Shown here one piece after another: positions 36,508 to 45,826 of a stretch of 64,000 bases of DNA. The stretch is taken from contig JBFWNG010000013.1 of assembly GCA_050251195.1 (NCBI GenBank), forward strand, positions 15,331 to 79,330, in the 5' to 3' direction. The position numbers and the translations under genes are program-made. A model generated the notes under the pieces. The model was given only the letters and a program-made list of their open reading frames with translations, had not been told where the DNA came from and did no database searches. This DNA comes from Oligoflexales bacterium. GTDB lineage: Bacteria; Bdellovibrionota_B; Oligoflexia; Oligoflexales; Oligoflexaceae. Position 1 is the first letter of the stretch. The number at the start of each line of letters is the position of its first letter.

Positions 36508-37812
36508 GTGTTCGATCGGATTCAGGATTACATCACGACATACGGAGAACCTTCCTCCGAGAAAATCGCGCGCAGCGTCCCCTACGGGCAGTGGGACCAT
36601 GTCTTTGCTGTTCCTTCAATGGGAGAAAGTTCGCTTGCCACTCGATTCTTGGATTCGGTCGAGAGGGTAGCGCGAGCGAGCAAGCGACGCTTACTCGTTC
36701 TCTTCTTTATCAACGCGCGAGAAGGCACAGACAGGCATTTTCAAGATAACCAGGCAACTTTGGAAATTATTCGCGCCCGATACGGCAATGCTCGCCTCGT
36801 CTGCACCGACCCGCCAACCTATTTCGTATCAGGCGAAGGTGTGGATATTGTTGTTCCGTATTTCAATGAAGAGCCTCACCTGATTCCCTTTAAAGAGGGC
36901 ATTGGCCTCGTTCGAAAACTGATCAATGATACGGCGGCATGGTTGTGTTCGACGAATGTTGTCACGTCAGGTTGGATCCATAATACGGACGTGGACGTCG
37001 AGTTGCCGTCTGACTACCTTGGCATTTACGAGAGTCCTGGCGATTATTGTGCCATTATTCATCCCTATCGTCATCTGCCGGCAGGCGATCCAAATTCGGC
37101 GAAATGGCCAATCCTCCAAACTTATGAAATATGGCTGCGCTACTACTATTTAGGGCTAAAGCATGCAGGCTCCCCATACGCGATGCATACCCTTGGGAGT
37201 ACTATCTCTGTCAGCGCTGAGGCCTATGCAAAAGTTCGCGGTGTGCCGAAACGTCAAGCCGGAGAAGACTTTTATTGGCTTAACAAGTTGCGCAAAGTCG
37301 GAGAGATCCGTTACGAAAGGGATGTCGGTCCTTTGAATATCATTGAACGGGAGTCGACGCGCGTTCCCTTCGGAACAGGGGCTACTCTTGCTAAGACGCA
37401 TTCCATTTCTGAATTTCATTTTCTTGACCCCCGAAATTTCGATGTGTTGGAAACTCTGTTGCGATGCATGGATGACTTTCTCATGGGTGACGGGCAATTC
37501 AGTGTCAGTGATGTGTTGAGCGTTATGCCGATCGACGCGGAGTTAAAGTCTGTGCTTGGCAGCGTTTTCACGAAAATGGGCTTTGATGACGCCTGTAAAA
37601 GAATTTCTCGTTCCGCAGGCGATCGTATCCGTCGAAAAAACTTTGTTGATTGGTTCGACGCCTTTAAAACTCTCAAATTTGTTCATGCACTAAGAGACAA
37701 CGTTTTTCCTAATGTTTTCTACCGTGATGCATTGACTGCCGCCCGCTTCATATCTCTCGATGAAAATTGGTCGGATAAGCAAATTCTGACGCTTCTGCAA
37801 ACAATTTCATGA
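36508..37812 (+). CDS. Glycosyltransferase family 2-like (GT-A fold) protein, putative
   Basis: FAVPSMGES (cf. PxxNE), NTDVDVELPSDY (DXD-like) and RGVPKRQAGEDFYWLNKLRKVG (cf. GGF..GEDxD) lie in the order expected for GT2. The match is weak. Confidence 0.45.
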   Translation: MFDRIQDYITTYGEPSSEKIARSVPYGQWDHVFAVPSMGESSLATRFLDSVERVARASKRRLLVLFFINAREGTDRHFQDNQATLEIIRARYGNARLVCTDPPTYFVSGEGVDIVVPYFNEEPHLIPFKEGIGLVRKLINDTAAWLCSTNVVTSGWIHNTDVDVELPSDYLGIYESPGDYCAIIHPYRHLPAGDPNSAKWPILQTYEIWLRYYYLGLKHAGSPYAMHTLGSTISVSAEAYAKVRGVPKRQAGEDFYWLNKLRKVGEIRYERDVGPLNIIERESTRVPFGTGATLAKTHSISEFHFLDPRNFDVLETLLRCMDDFLMGDGQFSVSDVLSVMPIDAELKSVLGSVFTKMGFDDACKRISRSAGDRIRRKNFVDWFDAFKTLKFVHALRDNVFPNVFYRDALTAARFISLDENWSDKQILTLLQTIS

Positions 37813-37824
37813 TGTTTTCCTTGT

Positions 37825-39918
37825 TTGGTCTCTGACGATAGTTTCTCAAGGTTCTCGTTAAGATGCCGAAATTCCTATGAGGATAAACCAGAATTTAAAC
37901 GGCTTTGCATGAAGGCTTTTAAAACTCTTTTAAAACAGTGTCTCACCCTCAGGGCGACTCAGATCGATATTGTTCCCGATCAGTACGTCGTCGTGTCGGT
38001 GGACGGCAAAGCCAATCCTCTAAAGAACTTCGGCAAGCCCGACAAACAAGCCCTCAAAGAATTGATGCAGTCACTGTTCCCTAAAGATCGTGACAAGCTG
38101 AGATCTGGCCAACCCGTGAAGGGAATGCTGACCATTGTGAACGTCGGCAACGTATACATGGTGGGAGTGCCGCTTAAGTTGTCGGTTCACATCTTCCTGA
38201 GCGAAGCCGGAAAGCAACAAGCGGACATATTTATGAGTGCGCAAGGACGCGCGCCCACCAATTTGCCAACTGGCAAACCCAAAGCCCCTCCGTCAGGTAT
38301 GTCCAATGTCACTACAAAAAACCCGGAGCCAATGCGATTGACTGGTTTCGATAGTGACCAGGTAGATGAATCAATGGTTGATGCTTCGACCGACGGCAAC
38401 TACTTGATGGACGGAGCTTCGATTGCCAAAAAACCAATGCCGCTCGAGGCGAGACTTGACGCGCATGTTGAGCAATCCTCTTCGATGGTTGATGAACGCG
38501 TTGAAATTGCAAAGCCGAGGGATGTTGCATTAGACATGACGAGCGCGCCCTTTGAAATCGAGAGAAAAGGGACTAGCTCGGTTGTGGAACCGACGGCGCC
38601 CGCTACCTCCGAAATGCAATCGGGTAGTTCTCCTCTATATTCCCCTTCGGCGTCGGTTTCCGAGAGCATGGTTTCCGAGAATGTGATTTCCGAAAGAGTA
38701 GAAGGGGCGCATGTTCCGGAGAGCTCTGAAAGCTACGTTCTAGAAACAAAAGTGAAGGACATCAGTGCTGTGATGGCGATGTCCACGGCACCGGTCGAAA
38801 GCGATGTGACGGAACCGCCGGCGAGAATGGAATCGGTAGAATCCTCACATCCCGCAGATCCTACGCCTGACATGAGGCTGGTCGAAATAGTTGCTGAGGC
38901 GAGAGACAAAAGGGCTTCGTCAATTCATCTGCGTGGCAGTGACCCTGTGTTCTTACGAATCGACGGAACACTGCACAATAACTATGGCCAGGAAGTAAGC
39001 CGAGAAGACATTGACCGGATCGTTACAGGACTCGTTAAGGGGCATCGGTATGATCAGCTCTTGAGAAACGGCTGCACTGAGTTTTACGAATCAATGCCAG
39101 ACCTGGGTCGGTGCAATTTTAAGGTGTTTTTCGAAAGAGGCGAGCAAGCTCTCATCGTCACTCCAATTTATCAGGAAATTCCTTACCTAAGTGTATTCGG
39201 ACTGAGTGATTACTGGAATTCCGTATCAACGTCACCCGGGCTTGTCTTAGTACTTTCTGAAGATCAAATTTCCTTGCGCAAGGTGCTTGCATCGTTGGTC
39301 GAGAATATCAATGAGCACAGCGTTAAGCATATAGTAAGCTATGTTGAAGACGCATGCTTCGAGCATAAAACAAAAAATTCCATCATTAGTCATATGGAAA
39401 ATGGGTCAGCGCAACCTTGGGAAAAACAGGATGCAGACGTTGTCGTTGTTTCTCAAATATCTGGGAAGCATACGATCCGGAGAGCGTTCGAGATGGTCCA
39501 AAGAGGCGGGTTAGTCGTTGCTGGATGTACTGCAAAATCTATCACGGACGGCTTGCGGGCAATAAAAAACGTTATTGTTTGTGATGACCCGAGAACGTCC
39601 TACATGTTTACCAGTTCGTTGAACGCCATATTCTGTGTCAAAAGCATTACGTCGGTGGATAGAACTCTTTGCTACGCCCACGAAGCGCTCCTTATGAGCG
39701 AACCCGTTCGCAAGGAACTCGAGTTGAACCTTGCTTCCGACCTTAAAGACCTTCTAAGAACCATGGACGCCCGCGGCGCATCTCTGAACGAGAGCTTGCT
39801 CGTGTTGATGAAAGCCGGTTCCATCGGCCTTGATATCGCCCTAAGGGTCACCGATGACCAAGAAGATCTTATGACCCGGCTGCACGAGGCCGGAATGCTT
39901 GGACAAAGTAGCGCCTGA
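37825..39918 (+). CDS. PilT/PilU-like protein with degenerate ATPase motifs and a duplicated PilT-N-like domain
   Basis: The C-terminal half is colinear with PilT, but Walker A reads GLVLVLSEDQISLRK, Walker B reads DADVVVVSQISG and the His box reads GGLVVAGCTAKS. A second PilT-N-like domain lies at the N-terminus, separated by a roughly 240-aa S/E/P/V-rich linker. The start may instead be ATG at 37909. Confidence 0.6.
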   Translation: MVSDDSFSRFSLRCRNSYEDKPEFKRLCMKAFKTLLKQCLTLRATQIDIVPDQYVVVSVDGKANPLKNFGKPDKQALKELMQSLFPKDRDKLRSGQPVKGMLTIVNVGNVYMVGVPLKLSVHIFLSEAGKQQADIFMSAQGRAPTNLPTGKPKAPPSGMSNVTTKNPEPMRLTGFDSDQVDESMVDASTDGNYLMDGASIAKKPMPLEARLDAHVEQSSSMVDERVEIAKPRDVALDMTSAPFEIERKGTSSVVEPTAPATSEMQSGSSPLYSPSASVSESMVSENVISERVEGAHVPESSESYVLETKVKDISAVMAMSTAPVESDVTEPPARMESVESSHPADPTPDMRLVEIVAEARDKRASSIHLRGSDPVFLRIDGTLHNNYGQEVSREDIDRIVTGLVKGHRYDQLLRNGCTEFYESMPDLGRCNFKVFFERGEQALIVTPIYQEIPYLSVFGLSDYWNSVSTSPGLVLVLSEDQISLRKVLASLVENINEHSVKHIVSYVEDACFEHKTKNSIISHMENGSAQPWEKQDADVVVVSQISGKHTIRRAFEMVQRGGLVVAGCTAKSITDGLRAIKNVIVCDDPRTSYMFTSSLNAIFCVKSITSVDRTLCYAHEALLMSEPVRKELELNLASDLKDLLRTMDARGASLNESLLVLMKAGSIGLDIALRVTDDQEDLMTRLHEAGMLGQSSA

Positions 39919-39998
39919 CGAGGCCCCTTCTTCTCTGAAATTCATTAAGTTTTTCTTAATAATGCCGATTTATAACAAAACGGGTTTAAGGACTTCTT

Positions 39999-40529
39999 AT
40001 GCTTCTAAAGTATATCCTCGTCCTCGGCATTGCTCTCGTTACTACCACTATCTCTTGTAAAAGAGAGACCGGAAATACGGTATCGTCGGGTGCTCCTCCT
40101 CCGCAAGAATCAGCCGCACCACCGCCACCTCCACCTTCGGCGGATACGACGACGACAACTAAACCACCCTGCGAAGACAAAGATAAAGATAAGGATGACG
40201 ACGACGACAAGGAATTGGTGAGCGGAGGCAAGACCACCATTGCTAGTTCTGGTTGTAGTTCTGCTTGCGAGACTTTTATTAAGGTTTGCAAGAAAAATCC
40301 AAAGGATACCCTAGCCTGTCAGGGATCGGATAACTGCAAGAAAACCTGCGGTGATGACGATGATGACAAGGACGACGATAAGGATGATGACAAGGACGAC
40401 GATAAGGGTGATGACGACGACGATGATGATGATAAAGATGACGACAAGGACGATGACGACGACAAAGATGACGACAAAGACGACGACAAAGACGACGACG
40501 ACGATAAGAAGGAAGAAGATTGCGTATAG
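39999..40529 (+). CDS. Lipoprotein with a Pro-rich spacer, a Cys-rich module and a poly(Asp-Lys) tail
   Basis: Lipobox TTISC, then PPPQESAAPPPPPPS, then seven Cys within about 45 aa (CSSACETFIKVCKK...CQGSDNCKKTC), then about 65 aa of D(3-8)K repeats ending in EEDCV. Confidence 0.7.
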   Translation: MLLKYILVLGIALVTTTISCKRETGNTVSSGAPPPQESAAPPPPPPSADTTTTTKPPCEDKDKDKDDDDDKELVSGGKTTIASSGCSSACETFIKVCKKNPKDTLACQGSDNCKKTCGDDDDDKDDDKDDDKDDDKGDDDDDDDDKDDDKDDDDDKDDDKDDDKDDDDDKKEEDCV

Positions 40530-40553
40530 GACGCATTAAGAGACGGAAGAAAC

Positions 40554-40580
40554 AGAGCGGGTCAACCCGCTCTTTTTTTT
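40554..40580 (+). terminator. Rho-independent terminator
   Basis: AGAGCGGG-TCAA-CCCGCTCT followed by T8, 25 nt after the stop at 40529. Confidence 0.85.
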
Positions 40581-40762
40581 GAGATACCCCATCGAACCTT
40601 CGGCGCCGTGGATAACGGGTGCTCTCGCCAGCGCCGAGCGCCCCTTCAAGACAATTGTTGGGCGTTCGACTGTCCCCTTAATTGGACCCTTAATTTATTC
40701 CCCATAAAAACAGTAACTTGACCGGATCCTTCTGTTTAATGAAAATTTACTATACAAAAAAA

Positions 40763-40791
40763 TTGACATTGGCCAAATTAATGTATATAAA
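40763..40791 (+). promoter_or_regulatory. Sigma70-type promoter (TTGACA-17 bp-TATAAA)
   Basis: Exact -35 at 40763-40768 and -10 at 40786-40791, about 50 nt upstream of the 40842 ATG. GAGGAG RBS. Confidence 0.5.
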
Positions 40792-40841
40792 ACTCAACAA
40801 AGGAGAATGGCTCCAATAACCGAAAAACCGAGGAGTTTTAT

Positions 40842-42116
40842 ATGCAAGCCACACTAAAAAAGGTTCTCGCAACAATCTGTGCTTTTCACATGGTTAGCTG
40901 CGGCGTCGACACGAAGCCGCTTCCACCGCGCAAAGAAGCAGCTGAGTCTGCCGCGAATGCCAAAGATCCTGACGATGGTACCTACGGTTCTTACGAGGAA
41001 ACAAACGAGCCTGAAGCTACGTACGAAATCAGAGGGCGTTACCTCAACGATGCAGGAGAGCCAATTCCCGGGAAGACAGTTTATATCCAACAATCTCAAT
41101 ATGCCCCGATGGACGATTTCACGGACGCAAAAGTTCATACCTTGGGTGAGCTTGGACAGGCCGTCGGTATGGCGGTATTGTTTCTCATCTTCCTACCGTT
41201 TTCTTTGTTTGTTGATTGCTCTGGATCGAGCGACGACAGTAGCGATGCTACGTCGGCACGGGAGGCCTCAGAGCGCCGCCTCATTTCCGAAGTCTCCACG
41301 GATCCCGAAGGATATTTTTCTGCGACAATTGCTGCGAGCAGCATCCCCAAAGACTTTGCCGGCGAGAGAAACATTATCGTTGTCACGGAAACAAATGACG
41401 GCAACCTTGGAAAAGCCGTCCTAACTTTAGATGACGAAGTTGTCGACGTCGGTTCTTTGCGCGAGTGTAACATCGACCTTACCGCGCAAGATAGCGGTCC
41501 CTCCGTCATGGTTCATTGGCAAAACCCCGAAGTCATCGTGGAAAAGTACAATATATACGCAATTAGAAACGACGGTTCTTATCCGTTCTGGGTAGACTCG
41601 TCCATCGACAGCCCGGGCATGGCGCTGGCGCTCCCTAAATCAATTTTCAAGGCGGACAATTCGAGAATCTTTGTCGAGGGCTATTACGAGAGGAGCGAAA
41701 AGCGACTCCTGTCATGTGTCTCTTCAGTAGAGGTGAAAACAGAAAACCGCCCAGAATCTCTGACAGTCAATGCTATGGCCTATGTCGGAGCGGAATCGGT
41801 TCCTGTCGACTCTATCACAAATAACAGTTTCGCGGACAAGGATCTATTCCTCGATTATCAAGCAAAGTCTGTGGTTGTTGATCTCATGAGCGCAAAGGAA
41901 ATCAAAGAACTCGTTTTCCATAACCTGTCGCTAAGAGACGCTGATGGAAAGGTTGGGGTGTCCATTCAGCTGCCGTCAGGAGAATGGCAACGGGTCGGGA
42001 CCGAAGATGCACGCAGGTTCTTTTACATGAAATTGGCAACTCCCGCTGTAGCCCAGAAAATCAAATTGGACTTTAGCAGCGATCTTGCTGAACTCACGGA
42101 GTTGGGAGTTTACTAA
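40842..42116 (+). CDS. Hypothetical lipoprotein
   Basis: Lipobox MVSCG. A CarboxypepD_reg-like segment (YEIRGRYLNDAGEPIPGKTVYI ... TDPEGYFSATI) appears split by a hydrophobic stretch (AVGMAVLFLIFLPFSLFV). The C-terminus is beta-rich. Confidence 0.6.
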   Translation: MQATLKKVLATICAFHMVSCGVDTKPLPPRKEAAESAANAKDPDDGTYGSYEETNEPEATYEIRGRYLNDAGEPIPGKTVYIQQSQYAPMDDFTDAKVHTLGELGQAVGMAVLFLIFLPFSLFVDCSGSSDDSSDATSAREASERRLISEVSTDPEGYFSATIAASSIPKDFAGERNIIVVTETNDGNLGKAVLTLDDEVVDVGSLRECNIDLTAQDSGPSVMVHWQNPEVIVEKYNIYAIRNDGSYPFWVDSSIDSPGMALALPKSIFKADNSRIFVEGYYERSEKRLLSCVSSVEVKTENRPESLTVNAMAYVGAESVPVDSITNNSFADKDLFLDYQAKSVVVDLMSAKEIKELVFHNLSLRDADGKVGVSIQLPSGEWQRVGTEDARRFFYMKLATPAVAQKIKLDFSSDLAELTELGVY

Positions 42117-42118
42117 AG

Positions 42119-43117
42119 TTAGAGGGTAGGAATAAAGCCAATGGCATCATGAATTCGTTCATAGGTCGCATTGGCTTTTTCTCTTGCCTTGGCTGCCCCC
42201 TTCCGAAGAAGGTTCTCGAGCTCTCCTCGGTCGTCGAGATATTTGCGCATCGCATTCTGAATCGGTTCGAGTTCGGCAATGACGAGATTTGCAGTATCGA
42301 CTTTAAGGTGACCGTACTGCTTGCCTTTGTAGCTTTCCTCTAGGTCCGCGATAGGTTTACCGGTAATGCACATTTGGATTTCGAGCAGGTTTTTGACGCC
42401 AGGTTTGTCATCCTTATAGAGAATTTCAGTGCCGGAATCTGTGACAGCACGTTTAAATTTCTTCTCGATGTCTTTGGGACTGTCTAACAGAAAGATGGTT
42501 CCGAGCTCTGTCTCCGCGCTCTTGCTCATTTTGTTTTCAGGATTTTGCAAATCCATAATGCGTCCGCCAGCCTTGGGAATAAATGGTTCTGGGATGACAA
42601 TGACTTCTTTGTTCACAAATGAATTGACGCGTTGCGCGATATTTCTAGCTATTTCTATGTGTTGTTTCTGATCTTCGCCAACAGGAACGAGATTCGCGTC
42701 GTACATAAAAATGTCCGCGGCCATGAGTATAGGATAGCTAAATAGCCCGGCAGAGATATTCGTCCCTTCCTTCTGACTCTTTTCCTTATATTGAGTCATC
42801 CGATTCAATTCGCCCATATACGAGAAGCAGGTGAGGATCCAGCTAAGAGCTGAGTGCGCTTTCACGTGGGATTGAATGAACAGGCAGTTGTCTTTAGGGT
42901 CTAGGCCGCACGCAAGATACGCTGCAGCGGCAAGGTACGACGCCTCTCGAAGCTCCCCCGGGTCTTGTCGGGCGGTGATAGCGTGCAAATCGACGACCGG
43001 AAAATAACAGGTATATTTTTCTTGTAGCTGGACCCATTGGCGAATAGCGCCCAGGTAATTTCCCAGTTGCAGGTAGTTTGTAGGTTTCACGCCAGAAAGT
43101 ATTATGGGCTTCGACAT
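42119..43117 (-). CDS. trpS: Tryptophan--tRNA ligase
   Basis: LQLGNYLGAIRQW (HIGH-region variant) and KMSKS motifs. 332 aa. Confidence 0.95.
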   Translation of the reverse strand: MSKPIILSGVKPTNYLQLGNYLGAIRQWVQLQEKYTCYFPVVDLHAITARQDPGELREASYLAAAAYLACGLDPKDNCLFIQSHVKAHSALSWILTCFSYMGELNRMTQYKEKSQKEGTNISAGLFSYPILMAADIFMYDANLVPVGEDQKQHIEIARNIAQRVNSFVNKEVIVIPEPFIPKAGGRIMDLQNPENKMSKSAETELGTIFLLDSPKDIEKKFKRAVTDSGTEILYKDDKPGVKNLLEIQMCITGKPIADLEESYKGKQYGHLKVDTANLVIAELEPIQNAMRKYLDDRGELENLLRKGAAKAREKANATYERIHDAIGFIPTL

Positions 43118-43187
43118 AGTTACCGCAAGTGTTGTCTACGTTGAAGCCGAGTATAAGCGAGATGGGAGGGCGGGACAAGGGTTTATG

Positions 43188-45446
43188 TTAGGTGTACAGG
43201 AACTCCAGCCCGCCGTTTTTCAGATCGAGGTAGCACTCGCCGCCTTCCTTCAATCTGCCAAAAAGAACTTCTTCCGCTAGCGGCTTTTTAATCTTGTCGT
43301 TTATCAAACGTTTGATGGGTCGTGCGCCGTATAGAGCGTCAAATCCCGTCTTCGCGATCCAGTTGAGCGCCGCATCGGAATACCTAAGCGCAACTTTTTT
43401 CTCAACGAGAGAAGCATTGAGTTCTTCAAGGAATTTGCGCGTAACCTGTTCGACGATCTTAATGTCGAGAGCATGGAAGGTGATTATTTCCGTCAAGCGA
43501 TTGCGAAATTCAGGCGAGAACATCGTTTTTACAGCCTTCGACAGACCCTTCGTATCTTCTTGGTGGTCCCGAGAAAAGCCGATCGCGGCTTGTGCGAGTT
43601 CTTGTGCCCCGGCGTTGGTTGTCATAATGATAACCACGTTACGAAAGTCGACATGCTTACCGTTGTTATCCGTCAAAGTGCCGTTGTCCATTACTTGAAG
43701 CAGAATATTCTGCATGTCGGGATGCGCTTTCTCGATTTCATCGAGGAGTAGAACGCAGTAAGGCTTTTTGCTCACTGCCTCGGTCAGCAAACCGCCTTGT
43801 TCGAAGCCAACGTAACCGGGAGGCGCTCCTATCAAGCGCGAAACGGCATGCTTCTCCATATACTCGCTCATATCAAATCGAAGGAGTTCGACGCCAAGAC
43901 TCAGAGCCAGTTGCCTTGCCGCTTCCGTCTTGCCGACGCCCGTGGGACCGGCGAAAAGGAAGCTGCCGATAGGGCCGCGGCTTTCGCCTAATCCTGACCG
44001 ATTGAGTTTTATAGCGGTAGCCAGCGCTTCGAGAGCTTGATCTTGCCCGAATACCTTGGACTTGAGATCGCCGTCCAGATGCTGAAGGGTTTCTCGGTCC
44101 GCCGTGGAGACTTTTTGCGGAGGAATGCGCGCCATTTTGGCGACTGTCGCTTGGATAGCGTCGATATCGATCGTCTTGCGCTTGGTTCCTTTGTTCTTCA
44201 GACTCGCTTTGGCGGCGGCCTCGTCGATCACGTCGATTGCTTTGTCAGGCAACATTTTGTCGGTGATGTACCGTGCCGAGAGCTTAACTGACTGGGTTAA
44301 CGCTTCCTTGGTGTATTTGACATTGTGAAAGTCCTCGTAGTACGACTTAACGCCTTCGACGATTTTTATCGCGTCGTCGATGGTCGGTTCGCTAACGTCG
44401 ATTTTCTGAAACCTTCTCGCTAACGCGTGGTCTTTTTCGAACCAATTTCGATATTCCTTGTAGGTCGTGGAACCTATACATCTAAGCTCCCCAGTCGCTA
44501 ACGCTGGTTTAAGCAGATTCGATGCGTCCAACGCACCGCTACCCACTGCTCCTGCGCCTACGAGAGTGTGGATTTCGTCGATGAACAGGATGCTGTTGGG
44601 AACCTTCTTGATTGACTTCAAAAGGTCCTTCAGCCGCTGTTCGAAATCGCCGCGGAACTTTGATCCCGCAACGAGCGAACCGAGGTCCAATGCATACACT
44701 TTTGCATTGTACAGCGCTCGCGGGACTTCCCGGTTGACTATCTTTACAGCAAGGCCTTCCGCAAGCGCGGTTTTTCCCACGCCCGCTTCGCCGACAAAGA
44801 TCGGATTGTTTTTACGTCGTCTTGCCAGAATCTCTATTGTTCTTTCAATCTCTTCGGTTCTGCCGACGATGGGATCGATTTGCCCTTTTTTGGCTTTGGC
44901 GCACAGGTCAACAGTGTACAGGTTGAGCGGGTCGCGTTGATCCGAAGTCCCTTCTTGCTCCTGTTGTTCTCCAGGGAGTTTGGGGTATCCTTCGTCCTTA
45001 ACAACTTCGATGTCGCTTCGAGGCATGCCGTGTGAAATGTAACGCATGAGCCCGAGTTTTTCTACCCGTTGCTTTTTAAGAAAGTAAACCGCATGTGAGT
45101 CTTTCTCGACAAAAATAGAGACAAGTAAGTGCGGGCCGTAGATCTTTTCCTTGCCGGCAGCATGGACTTGTTGAGCTGCCCTTTGGATGACCCTTTGAAA
45201 TCCTATAGTTGGTTTGGGCAGATGTCCCTCGAGCAGCTCCATGGTGCCCAATCTGGTTTGGAAGAACTCTTCCAGATCTTCCCGGATTTTGCGGATATCA
45301 GCTCCGCACTCTCTAAGCGCCTCGACTACGAATTTATCGTGTAGCAGCGCATACAAAATATGCTCAATAGTTACGTACTCGTGCTTCCGTCGGGTCGCCT
45401 CGTTTATGGCTAGATTTAGGCTAATTTCCAATTCTGGACTAATCAT
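43188..45446 (-). CDS. clpA: ATP-dependent Clp protease ATP-binding subunit ClpA
   Basis: Clp N-domain and two AAA+ modules (GEAGVGKTA, GPTGVGKTE). Located next to clpS. Confidence 0.95.
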   Translation of the reverse strand: MISPELEISLNLAINEATRRKHEYVTIEHILYALLHDKFVVEALRECGADIRKIREDLEEFFQTRLGTMELLEGHLPKPTIGFQRVIQRAAQQVHAAGKEKIYGPHLLVSIFVEKDSHAVYFLKKQRVEKLGLMRYISHGMPRSDIEVVKDEGYPKLPGEQQEQEGTSDQRDPLNLYTVDLCAKAKKGQIDPIVGRTEEIERTIEILARRRKNNPIFVGEAGVGKTALAEGLAVKIVNREVPRALYNAKVYALDLGSLVAGSKFRGDFEQRLKDLLKSIKKVPNSILFIDEIHTLVGAGAVGSGALDASNLLKPALATGELRCIGSTTYKEYRNWFEKDHALARRFQKIDVSEPTIDDAIKIVEGVKSYYEDFHNVKYTKEALTQSVKLSARYITDKMLPDKAIDVIDEAAAKASLKNKGTKRKTIDIDAIQATVAKMARIPPQKVSTADRETLQHLDGDLKSKVFGQDQALEALATAIKLNRSGLGESRGPIGSFLFAGPTGVGKTEAARQLALSLGVELLRFDMSEYMEKHAVSRLIGAPPGYVGFEQGGLLTEAVSKKPYCVLLLDEIEKAHPDMQNILLQVMDNGTLTDNNGKHVDFRNVVIIMTTNAGAQELAQAAIGFSRDHQEDTKGLSKAVKTMFSPEFRNRLTEIITFHALDIKIVEQVTRKFLEELNASLVEKKVALRYSDAALNWIAKTGFDALYGARPIKRLINDKIKKPLAEEVLFGRLKEGGECYLDLKNGGLEFLYT

Positions 45447-45449
45447 AAG

Positions 45450-45767
45450 CTATTCTTTTTCTATGGTACACTGCAACGGGTGCCCCATCTTTCGAGATTC
45501 GTCCGAGACCTGTGCAACTTTGGTTTCTGCAATTTCTAAGGTATAGACGCCACAAATTGCGCGGCCTTCGTGATGAACCCGAAGCATGAGTTCAGTCGCT
45601 GTAGCGTGGTCTTTGCCAAATATTCTTTCCAAGACGTCTACAACGAATTCCATTGGAGTGTAGTCATCGTTAATCAGCAACACCTTGTACATGGGGGGTG
45701 GGCGAACTTCTGCCTTTTCTTCGACGATGAGTCCGTGATCTTCTTGTGGCTTGCTGAGTTTTGACAT
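45450..45767 (-). CDS. clpS: ATP-dependent Clp protease adaptor ClpS
   Basis: [27 protein letters not shown] motif. 105 aa. Confidence 0.95.
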   Translation of the reverse strand: MSKLSKPQEDHGLIVEEKAEVRPPPMYKVLLINDDYTPMEFVVDVLERIFGKDHATATELMLRVHHEGRAICGVYTLEIAETKVAQVSDESRKMGHPLQCTIEKE

Positions 45768-45826
45768 CTTTCACCCGCCAGTTATCATAAGAGTAAACAT
45801 TCAACAGTGAATGTCAATACTCCTCA

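Noticed and set aside
40640-40700. tRNA-like T-loop (GGGCGTTCGACTGTCCCC).
   Set aside because: The flanking bases do not form a T-stem, an acceptor stem or an anticodon arm.
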